64,000 nucleotides of DNA, taken from the NCBI GenBank assembly GCA_002269645.1, contig NIVC01002898.1, positions 62,001 to 126,000 of the forward strand, in the 5' to 3' direction. Source of the stretch: Macrostomum lignano. Its lineage: Eukaryota. Below are positions 24,586 through 35,893 of the stretch, piece by piece. The notes beneath the pieces are model-generated. The model was given only the letters and a program-made list of their open reading frames with translations. It ran no database searches and was not told where the DNA came from. The position numbers were made by a program, and so were the translations under genes. Position 1 is the first letter of the stretch. Each line of letters begins with the position of its first letter.

Positions 24586-26589
24586 CTGATCCGATTTTGG
24601 AATTCAGTTCAAGAAATTTTCTCGATCCATTGTCACGTTTACACTTTAACAATAAAATATAGGCCTATTTGAAATTGTCAATTTTTTATTATTGATATAT
24701 TAGTACTCTGTTTTTTTCATAGGCCTATCCAAGACAAAGCAAAGTCAAGGAAAGACAAAATTAAATTATAAAGACTGACAAACATAAAATAGATTCAAAG
24801 CTTTTCATTTTCCTACCAATTCTGGTTCTGGAACCAATGTTCATGAAAAAAAGCCTAAAAGAAGTCAACAAAAGTTACTGCTAAAATACGTGACAATACA
24901 AGTGCTATTGTAGACTGTTTCTGCCTTATGAAATTGTAATGGTACTAATCTAAAGTCAGACTAAACAGTTTAACTTCGAGCTATAGCCTGTGCCTTATAC
25001 CTGCATCTGGCTATATTGTACATACATATTAGATGTCATTGTCATGAGTCGAAGTATCATTTTACCATGTCCTATTTATAACCATATCTAATAATAGTAG
25101 TAATACCTATCAGTCTAGTAATCAGTCTAGTAATACTTGTATCATACCAGTTTTTAACACAGGCCCATATTTATAATTATAATAGACTAGGGCCTAGGCC
25201 TCCTAATACTAATAGGCCTAGTTTTATTTCTTATACAATCTATCAATCTGATTTAATACAAGGCTTATTACTAGAAATGACAAAATCCTAGTCTTACCAA
25301 TACCAATCCTAGGATTATCAATATCTAATTGGGATATCCTAGTCAAAGATAATCCCAAGACCTGGAATTATTAATCCTAATAATATCCTTGACCTAAGTA
25401 TTGTAAAGCCTAATCCCTTGATTCCAAAATTTTTTTTCTCAATCCTGGAATCTCAATAGAGATTTAATAATTAGTAACTACATTAAGACAAAATACTAAA
25501 TCAATAGCAAATGATTTCATGAGCTAACTATACTTGTTGACCTTGTAATGTTCTAACTTTCTTGTGTACTTAATCTAATATTATTTTTTCTTTTGTATAG
25601 TTATATGTTGCTACAAAAAGTCACCTAATGGATTCTGAAAAGTAACAAAAGTATATAAGTATAATTTTATATTAGCATGAAAAAAATGCTTTTTAGTTTA
25701 GGCCTAAGCCTATAAATTTGTGCTAAATCAAAGAAAAATAGAGAATAAGAAGATGAGACTAGGAGGTTTGACTAGAAAGAAAGATTGCTAAAATAGAAAA
25801 AACAGACAAAAAGGAATGAATAAGAGGAGAAAAAGAAATATATATATAAAGGAAAAGACACAAGAGTCAAGACAAAACAATAGTCAATTTGTTAATAGTC
25901 AATAGTCAATTTGTCATAATGCTCTTAAATTTTGCTGAAGGGCTAAATAGCCACATTAGTTAACTACTTTTGTTCATAATCATATTGTAGCTGAGAATTA
26001 GGCATAAAAGTCAAGGCATTTAGAAAAGATAGAACAAATATTCAAATTGGATAAGCCTATTTGATATTTGAAAAAAAATATGAGTCATATAGAAGTTTTT
26101 ATGCATGTCTGCTTAAAAAGACACCTTAGACACACACAAAGAAAGATGCTTTATAAGCTGAGATATTCTATAGCAAATGTTATTACAACATTTCCCAATA
26201 TACCAAATACAGTATATAATCATTTTTTAAAAGCCACTACATTGTCACACTTTGCTCTTTCTAAATGAAAATTGCACAACTGTTTTACACAGTTTTCCTA
26301 AGATCATGAGTTTTCTGGATTGCAAACCTTATTTTTACTTAGTTAGCCTAGGCTTAGCTATATTTTAACTATTGTTTTTGATTTTTTGTAATTATAATCT
26401 TCATTATTTTAGATGCAATTTTTTGTATCGTATGGATATATAGACACTTTAGAGTTAAATAAAACTCGTGTTTCTAATTTCTAACTATAATGAAAAGAAT
26501 ATATGAAAATTGGCATAGCCATACTACAAGGGAAAGTAAAAAAGTAATGATAATTTTGTTCTCATGGGTGTCAAACTTCAAATGGGAAT

Positions 26590-27740
26590 CTACTTTTCTA
26601 TAGAGTCTCCCTTCAAGGTTAGGCACTTCTCCATGTGGTATCGCCATCTTTCTAGACCATACGCGTAGAACTCAGGAGGCTATGCAGCAAGCCACTGTAT
26701 AGTAGCCTTTTTGGCAGCCTCTTTGTCCTCATGTTGGACTCCTTTAATTGCTTCCTTCAGTTTGGGAAACAATAAAAAGTCTGAAAGAGCCAAATCAGGG
26801 CTAAATAGAGGATGCTGGAGGATTTCTTAGTGGAAATATTGCAGGGCTTCACATCAGAGCCAAGAAGTGTGAGCTGGTGCATTGTTATGGTGAAAGAGAA
26901 TCATATAGTGCAGCTTGCCAAGTCACTTTTTGGCTAGTTTGGAGTGGAGCTTTTGCAAAAGCAACTCATATTATGTGGCATTGATGGTCTTCTGGCTTTC
27001 CAAGAAGTCTACCATCACCACTCCCTCAACATCCCAAAAGATGGTCATCAAGACCTTCGCTGCAGACCATTCTGTATAGAACTTCTTGGGGCCCGCTGAA
27101 CCTTGTGGCAGCCACTCCTTAGATTGGACCTTGGACTTTAGATTGTACTACTAAAATATCAATGTTTCATCCTTGATCACTAAGCACAGGTAAAAGTTTC
27201 TGAATCAGCATTTAAGCAGTTCAGCAGGTTGATGGCGCATTCAGTGTGCTGAACCCAGTGTTCAAGCAGCAACAGCTGCGGGACCCAGCAGGCACTCAGC
27301 TTGCTCAGACCAAGACAGTCCATCACAATGGAGTGAGCACTGCCATGAAAGATGCCCACTTGGTCAGCAATATTGTCTATGGTCAAGCGCCAATCCTGCT
27401 TAAGTACAAAGGGTGTTGCAAAAGTTTCCAGACTAATGCTAATCCTGGTGACAATTTGTGTTTGATTTCACTGAAAATTGATGTCTATGGTATTCAGTCA
27501 TAGAAAAAAAACTTTTCATAAAATTTTTTGCAACTTAGTCAATCACAGCAATATGCAATGTGGACTTTCCAGACTGCTAGGCATCTTTTATGGACCCTTG
27601 GCCTTTCTTGAAAGTCTAAATCCAGCAATAAATGGTCATATCTAATGGAGCAGTGTCCCCATAGACCTTCAAAGCGTCATTGATTTTGGCTGGCTTCCAA
27701 CCAAGTTTTACAAAAAACTTCACATTTTATGCAAGCTTCA
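26590..27740 (-). pseudogene. Second decayed mariner transposase (different family from 6380-7274)
   Basis: NVKFFVKLGWKPAKINDALKVYGD (N-terminus); LSACWVPQLL; QSKEWLPQGS..PKK...AAKVLMTIFWDVEGV; HNNAPAHTS; HPLFSPDLALSDFLLFPKLKEAIKG; C-terminal KCLTLKGDSIEK*. Contains stops and frameshifts, and a small insertion at about 27405-27560. Confidence 0.92.
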
Positions 27741-28914
27741 ATTTTTTAATTTTCCATTGCTGAAAGGGTATACTGTGATTAGTGTCATCATGCAGACAGA
27801 TATCAATCACTTTAGAAGAACCAAAACTTTGTCAAATAAAGAACAAAATAGTTTTTTTTTTCAAATGAAACCAGTTGTAGTTCAATACCTCTTATATTTT
27901 ATGCATTACAACAAAATTATTGAATATCATTACTTTTTTACTTCCCCTCATATAAGTAAATTTATTCTTGTATAAAAAATTCTTACTACTTATTTTACTT
28001 TTTCAATATTTTGCTTTTTTACTTCCAATTAAGAAACAACTTGAAATATAAAGTTATGTCTAGGCCTACCATAAAAAATCAAAGACACTGATATTGACAA
28101 AAGCTAAAATTGGCAAATGCATTTGTTTTATAAATTATTTTATCCAATTTAATGTTTACATTTTTTCAAAGAGTGGGGGGACCAAGCACATTTTGCCACA
28201 ATACAGATCTGCACCTTTCATCCCCCTTGGGTCTTTACCCTTTAGAATCTGCCCCTCAACAGATTTTTGGTTGTATTGTACTAGGCCTACTAATAGGCCC
28301 AAATATTTGATACTGAAGAACCAGTTAAAAAAACAAGTTCATTATAATTTGATGCATTCTTAGAAAGTCCAATTCCACTGTACAGTCAGCCCTATCAATG
28401 TACAATTGTACCCCTGTTGTTGGCCAGCTCTACCACCCCACCTTCACCACTAGTTGCCTAGATTCAAATGCCCTTTTTCTAGTCTATTTAAAGTTTGGAC
28501 TGATGTGCTCTCTGTCTAAACCTTGTAAAAAGCCATTCAAACTCAGTTTGTGTCTCATTACTCTTCTTATTTGTCATTAAAATTGACACCTAAGGGAGGC
28601 AATTCTCCCTTAAATTTTTGTTGCTTTTTGACTTATTATATTTGTAAAAATAAAGTATACAATGCAAATAGTACATTATAGTTGGCATAGTTCTATCTAA
28701 TGCATATTGAAATTTTTAGTAGCTATTCCTAGACCTGTCTAAATAATAAATGTTGACAATGTTTACCACCATCATTATTTAAATTGTTATTGAAATAGAC
28801 TTTACAGCTCGTAGAAAGCTTATACTTAGATTATTGCATATTAGGTAGACTTAAATTTTCATCTAGGTTTGTTTATATGTTAGTTGGTTAAACAGTCGAC
28901 AGTTACTGACATCA

Positions 28915-29198
28915 ATGAACCCCATAAATGCTCCCCTTCCAGTACCAACTGGACTCAGCATCCAGCTGTGCAACCTGTCAATCTCGACAATTACACAATC
29001 GCATGCCGTTTATCTCCGCAACAGCAGCCATCACGACGCGCCGACACAGCCGACGTAAAGGACTCCATGCAATTCAAGCCGCCTGGTTCTGTAGGAAGAA
29101 AGCGTTAAAATTCGCGGATTATGCGCTTAGCTGAAAACGGCGACCGGATCAACGTTGTACACACTGTCGAATACGCTACTAGCCAGCGCAACTGCTAA
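28915..29198 (+). promoter_or_regulatory. Cluster of upstream AUGs/uORFs ahead of eIF5
   Basis: AUGs at 28915, 28928, 29003 (in frame with 28928) and 29067 all have a pyrimidine at -3 and non-G at +4. The AUG at 29121 has A at -3. The main AUG at 29333 has A-3 and G+4. Inclusion in the mRNA is not shown. Confidence 0.5.
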
Positions 29199-29332
29199 TT
29201 CAACTATTTACTTTCAGTTTTATTATATTTATATAATTATTAAAGACAGCTTAAGCCTCTTTAACACAACTACTAATAACTAAACAAATTTAAAACTTGA
29301 ACAGTTGGGAACTAAAATAACAATTTAAAACA

Positions 29333-32300
29333 ATGGCTCTTAACGTGAATCGCGAAATTAGCGACGACTTTTATCGCTACAAAATGCCCCGCCTGATTGC
29401 GAAAGTCGAAGGCAAAGGCAACGGCATTAAGACTGTCATTGTCAACATGCACGAGGTTGGCAAAGCGCTCTGCAGGCCGCCAATTTATCCAACTAAATAT
29501 TTCGGCGCCGAGCTGGGCGCCCAGACCCAGTTCGACCAGAAGAATGATCGCTATATTGTTAATGGGGCCCACGATGCCGAGAAGTTGCAGACTATTCTAG
29601 ATGGCTTTATTAAACGGTTTGTTGATTTTAATTATTGTTCTTGTTCAGGGAGGGGGTTGTAACTATTTTGGTTATCCTACTAAATCGGCCTTCACATTTT
29701 TATTCCCTAATAGTACAACAAATAGCATTTTTTGACTAGCACGCTTGTAATTCCTTTTGATTCTTAATTAGCATCTCAGTAATCCCCCTTGAAGACCTAA
29801 TTAGCATCTCAGTAATCCCCCTTGAGACCTAATTAGCATCTCAGTAATCCCCCTTGAAGACCTAATTAGCATCTCAGTAATTCCCCTTGAGACCTAATTA
29901 GCATCTCAGTAATCCCCCTTGAGACCTAATTAGCATCTCAGTAATCCCCCTTGAAGACCTAATTAGCATCTCAGTAATCCCCCTTGAAGACCTAATTAGC
30001 ATCTCAGTAATCCCCCTTGAGACCTAATTAGCATCTCAGTAATTCCCCTTGAGATCTAATTAGCATCTCAGTAATTCCCCTTGAAGACCTAATTAGCATC
30101 TCAGTAATTCCCCTTGAGACCTAATTAGCATCTCAGTAATCCCCCTTGAAGACCTAATTAGCATCTCAGTAATCCCCCTTGAGACCTAATTAGCATCTCA
30201 GTAATCCCCCTTGAAGACCTAATTAGCATCTCAGTAATCCCCCTTGAGACCTAATTAGCATCTCAGTAATTCCCCTTGAAGACCTAATTAGCATCTCAGT
30301 AATCCCCCTTGAAGACCTAATTAGCATCTCAGTAATCCCCCTTGAGACCTAATTAGCATCTCAGTAATCCCCCTTGAAGACCTAATTAGCATCTCAGTAA
30401 TCCCCCTTGAGACCTAATTAGCATCTCAGTAATCCCCCTTGAAGACCTAATTAGCATCTCAGTAATTCCCCTTGAGATCTAATTAGCATCTCAGTAATTC
30501 CCCTTGAAGACCTAATTAGCATCTCAGTAATTCCCATTGAAACCTAATTAGCATCTCAGTAATTCCACTTGAAGACCTAACTAATATCTTAGTAATTCCC
30601 CTTGAAGACCTAATTAGCATCTCAGTAATTCCCTTGAGCCTTAATTAGCATCTCAGTAATTCCCCTTGAGACCTAATTAGCATCTCAGTAATTCCCCAAG
30701 AGCCTTTAAGCCTCAGTATCTGCAACACTAAACGCTCCGTCCCCCCCGCCGCATCAAACAGCTACGTACTGTGCTCGGAGTGCGAGAACCCCGAGACCGA
30801 TCTGATTGTGAAGAGCCGCGGCAAGCAGGGCGAGCTGTACGCCAAATGCAAGGCCTGCGGCAGCACTGGCACCGTCGTGGACAACAGCCGCACCACCCAG
30901 TTCATTATTAAGAATCCGCCAGACGAGACCGGACTGGCCCTGGCCTCTAGCACCAAGTCTGGCGCCGGCGGCGGTAAAAAACAGCGCCGCGGAGGCGCCG
31001 GCGCCGACAAGCAGGCCGACCGCAGCCCGGAAGCCGGCAACAGCGACGAGAACGACGAGCAGCAGCAGAAGTTGATGGACGAAGAAGATGGCAACGAGAT
31101 TGGCGGCGACGGATTCGATAGCGACAACGGCGAGTGGGAAGACGGCCCCGTCGGCGTTGAAGAACGAGTCGAAGAGCTGCCGGAATCGATCCGGCGCCTG
31201 ATTGTCACCGAGGATCTGCTGCAGCTGACACCGCAGGATAGGGCTGATCGGTAGCGCCGCTTCTGCTATTTTTATTCTAACAAAAAAATTTTGTTAGAAG
31301 CCTGATTTTCGACATGCTAAAATCCCAATTTGACAAACCTAAATCCTAAAACTACAGTCGGGAAATCCCAATTCCACCATCCGGGAAATCCCAATTCCAC
31401 CATCCGGGAAATCTCAATTCCACCATCCGGGAAATCCCAATTCCACCATCCGGGAAATCCCAATTCCACCACCCGGGAAATCCTAATTCCACCACCCGGG
31501 AAATCCAAATTCCACTACCCGGGAAATCTCAATTCAACAATCCGGAAAATCCCCACCACCCAGGAAATCCCACTTCCACAATCCGGAAATTCCCAATTTC
31601 AAAATCTAAAAAATCCCAATTCAACCCATGCGGAAATCCTCAAAAAATCAAAATTCAGTCAGGTAGCGAATGCTTTTAACTACTAAGCTTGATAATTTCA
31701 ACTAAACCATACGAAGCAATGGTTACTAGTTGCTATCCGGAAGTGTTGTCCAATAAAACAAATTTAAGTAATCTTGATATTTCTGTGTTGCGTCAGTTAA
31801 CTGTGCCTTTTTGCCATTCGGAGCAAAATTTGTTCCGATTAGAGCAAGCTAAGAGCAAGCTTTTAGCTGACTGGATGATTGCCTGTCTCGACAAGAGACA
31901 AAACACTTCAGCAGTATTCGACTCCATGATTTATTACTTGGCTGGCTTTACTACTGATATTTCCCTCAGCTTTTTTCTCTGCAGTTAACATTTCCTAATA
32001 TGGTTGTGTAGCTGCTGTTATTATCTGACAGTTGAGATTGTTCATTAATTTATATTGGAATATAGCTTGAGCAGGGTTTCAACTGTTACATTGCGTATGC
32101 ATAGTAGGGACTCAAACTATCAAATGTTAAGCAGGATAAATTGAGCACCTATCTAATGGCGCCAGAATACGAGGTAAGCATCTGATAGCGCCAGAATGAG
32201 TCTCCAATGGCGCCAAAATGAGTCTCCGATGGCGCAAGACTGAGTATGCGATGGCGCCAAAATGAGTTTCCGATAGCGCCAGATTAAGCATCTAATGGCG

Positions 32301-34910
32301 CCAGAATGAGCATCTGATGGCGCCAGAATAAGCATTTGATGGCGCTAGAAAGAGCATCTGATGACGCCAGATTAAGCATCTAATGGCGCCAGAATGAGCA
32401 TCTGATGGCGCCAGAATAAGCATTTGATGGCGCTAGAATGAGCATCTGATGGCGCCAGAATAAGCATTTGATGGCGCCAGAATGAGCATCTGATGGCGCC
32501 AGATGGAACATCTGATGGCGCCAGAATGAGCATCTGATGGCGCCAGAATCTAAGAGGTCACAATATCGCCGATTAGAGCTAGGCTACATTTCAATGCTTA
32601 CACAGAGAATTCCTCTCGTTCAGATATCCCATTATCCGGCTCCTACCCCCCTCCCAGCTTCCACAAGATGCTGAGCGACAAGCTGGCCTCAGGATTCACC
32701 AAGGACACACCGCAGGAGCTGCTTCAAGAGGCCGACAGGCTGGACATTCGCGACAAAGCTGTCGTTGTAGTCGCCGAAGTGCTGCTGAACAACCCCGGCA
32801 CTTTGGCCGCCGACATCACCAAGAAGTACAGGTCCGTGTTCCTGGCCTTCACCAATGGCAATCCGCGCTCGCAGAAATATCTTATCGGGGCTGTGGAATC
32901 GCTTGTCCAGCGCTACAAAGACGCTCTGCTGGACGCCAAGCGGATTCCTAATCTATTGAACGCTTTCTACAATGCCGACCTGCTGTCCGAGGAGACCCTG
33001 ATCGAGTGGGCCGACAAAGGGGTAAGACAAGTTTGCGCTGTATTTCTCTGCTAATTTTTTTACTAGTTAAAAAAATGAAAATAACCCAGTGCTTGTCTCT
33101 CTCTGCCTATTCTAGGTCAGAGATAAGCTTGGTGTTCTGTCTGTCCTCTTAGTGTAATTTTGCTGCGTTAAATTTAGAATCACGTGGTTTGTAGCCAAAA
33201 CCTCTCTCTAGTGACGCACGCTCGCTATTTTTAAAAGCATTTTTAAGCAACTGCGAGTATACTGTAGACTAAAATGGAATTTTAGGCTCTGTGTAATTGT
33301 AAAATATTCAGTAGTTCCTTTTCTAGGTAATTGACTTTCAGATATTTTTGCGTATTCTTTTTATTGCTGTTTCTTGAAAAAGCAGCTAGAGGTTTCTTTA
33401 GGTTTAATCTGGCAGGGCGGCCCAGCAACTGAGGATCTGGGAGGCTGGTGGCCCAACAACTGAGGATCTGGGAGGCTGGTGGCCCAACAACTGAGGATCT
33501 GGAGGCTGGTGGTCCAGTAACTGAGGATCTGGGAGGCTGGTGGTCCAGTAACTGAGGATCTGGGAGGCTGGTGGCCCAGCAGCTGAGGATCTGGGGGGCT
33601 GGCCCAGCAACTGAGGATCTGGGAGGCTGGTGGTCCAGTAACTGAGGATCTGGGAGGCTGGCCCAGCAACTGAGGATCTGGGAGGCTGGCCCAGCAACTG
33701 AGGATCTGGGAGGCTGGCTCAGCAACTGAGGATCTTGGAGGCTGGCCCAGCAACTGAGGATCTTGGAGGCTGGCCCAGCAACTGAGAATCTGGGAGGCTG
33801 GCCCAGAACTGGGGATCTGGGAGGCTGGCCCAGAAACTGGGAATCTGGGAGGCTGGCCCAGCAACTGAGAATCTGGGAGGCTGGCCCAGAAACTAAGAAT
33901 CTGGGAGGCTGGTGGCAAAGCAACTGAGAATCTGGGAGGCTGGTGGCAAAGCAACTGAGGATCTGGGAGGCTGGTGGCAAAGCAACTGAGGATCTGGGAG
34001 GCTGGTGGCAAAGCAACTGAGGATCTGGGAGGCTGGTGGCAAAGCAACTGAGGATCTGGGAGGCTGGTAGCAAAGCAACTGAGGATCTGGGAGGCTGGTG
34101 GCAAAGCAACTGAGGATCTGGGAGGCTGGTGGCAACTGGCAAAGCAACTGGGGATCTGGGAGGCTGGCCCAGCAACTGATGATCTGGGAGGCTGGCCCAG
34201 CAACTGATGATCTAAGAGGCTGGCCCAGCAACTGAGGATCTGGGAGGCTGGTGGCCCAGCAACTGAGGATCTGGGAGGCTGGCCCAACAACTGAGGATCT
34301 GGGAGGCTGGTGGCCCAGCAACTGACACTCTGGGAGGCTGGCCCAGAAACTGAGGAGCTGGGAGGCTGGCCTAAAAACTGGGGATCTGGGAGGCTGGCCC
34401 AGAAACTGGGGATCTGGGAGGCTGGGGTGGCAGATGGGGGACTTTATGCCAATAAGCATTCTCCATAGGATAATCGCAATGATGAAAGCATTACGCCAAT
34501 TCAAGTGTCCAGGCCTATGAGTCTGCCATGATCTGTTTACACGAGTCCTGAGCTTATCCTATATAATCACCTCTGTTGGCCTTCATACGCTGCAAATCCT
34601 TCTAAATGTCTCCCTCTCTGCCTGCACATTTTGTTTTATTCAGCCAACCAAGCGTCACACTGGCGACCGGAAGCTGAGCAAGCAGATCCACGAGCTGGCC
34701 AAGCCCTTCATCACCTGGCTGAAAACTGCCGACGTTGAGTCCAGCGACGAGGATGAAGAGGAGGAGGAGGAGCAGCAGAAGCCGGAACAGAAGCCAAAAG
34801 CTAACGGAGCCGCTGCTGGCAAGCCGGTGGAGAAGTCCCAGCAGCAGCAGGCCAAGCAGGCGGCAGTGGAAGAAGATAACGAATCCGATGTGGACATCGA
34901 CAACATCTAA
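29333..34910 (+). CDS. EIF5: Eukaryotic translation initiation factor 5, ~467 aa
   Basis: Exons 29333-29616, 30762-31250, 32658-33021 and 34644-34910 are GT-AG and phase-consistent (1404 nt). N-terminus [32 protein letters not shown]; Zn finger [10 protein letters not shown]...KCKACG; W2 domain with [15 protein letters not shown]. Confidence 0.97.
29762..30700. repeat. 32/33-bp minisatellite (CTAATTAGCATCTCAGTAATCCCCCTTGAAGAC), eIF5 intron 1
   Basis: Period 33/32 (29765 to 29798). Confidence 0.95.
31340..31625. repeat. 23-bp minisatellite (GGGAAATCCCAATTCCACCATCC), eIF5 intron 2
   Basis: Visible tandem array. Confidence 0.9.
32145..32550. repeat. 22-bp minisatellite (GAGCATCTGATGGCGCCAGAAT), eIF5 intron 2
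   Basis: Visible tandem array. Confidence 0.9.
33412..34425 (-). repeat. 28/31-bp minisatellite, reverse complement of the ZFYVE1 intron 2 unit, eIF5 intron 3
   Basis: GCCCAGCAACTGAGGATCTGGGAGGCTG is the reverse complement of CAGCCTCCCAGATCCTCAGTTGCTGGGC. Confidence 0.95.
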
Positions 34911-35893
34911 TTAATCATTAATAATATTAATATAAACAGTGATAATATAACGATACTACTAATACTAAATAAGTAGTTCCTCCTAGCCGGACATTTTTGC
35001 TGGGGAATTTTTTTGGTGTCGGGTATCTACGATTATAATCAATAATACTCCTTTGTTAAAAAACGATTTATATACATACTCGCTGCACTAACTCGCTATC
35101 TGTCTGTTTTTTTTTGTTATTTATTTACATCGTTTTTTGTGTTATTTTCTTTCGCCTCATAATTAATACGGCCCCGCCAACCCCAGTTAAGATAAATCAG
35201 TTAATTAGCTGTTGCGCTCCTAGTGTAGTGTTTGAACATCGCAGTGAGTTGAACATTTGCGTTTTTGCGTTGTCCGGTCTGATACATAAACTATCCTGCA
35301 TAACGAGCTGTATTTATCTATGAGTACAGTTACCCTGGAAACTGATTTTCCAGCTTCTTTGTCATTTCATTCTGTATTTTTATTGGCTATTGATAATACT
35401 ATAATTAAACTTTATCCAGACCAGAAAGCATCCGGGTAAAATTTTTGTTTTTGTTTTTACAATTTATTTAAATAACATGCCTACAGACTACTGTCAGTAG
35501 GACAGAAGAGAAAAATATTAATAAATGTTCAAAATATACTCGGTCGCTTTCTGAATTTGTTTCCCCAAAACCAAGTCTGCACTGAATGCCTGTTATTTCT
35601 TTAATGTCGTTTAACTTGCACCGCCCGTTAATCCTCTAATTTTGTGTTGTGAGCTCGATTTTGAATTTCCAAACACAAGTTTGTCCGAATCATTCTGTTC
35701 TAAGTAGTAACTAGGCTTTGCTGTCTAGGCAACTCTTAAACGAGCCCTGATGGCCTGAATACCCTCAAAAATTTATTTATCAATAAACTCTCAGTCTCCG
35801 TGTGATTTGAAAAAAACATCTGCTTCTTTTTGTCAGCTAAAATTAAAAAACTTTATTGACTTGTTTAGTGTCTCATTTCATTTTTACTTTGAC

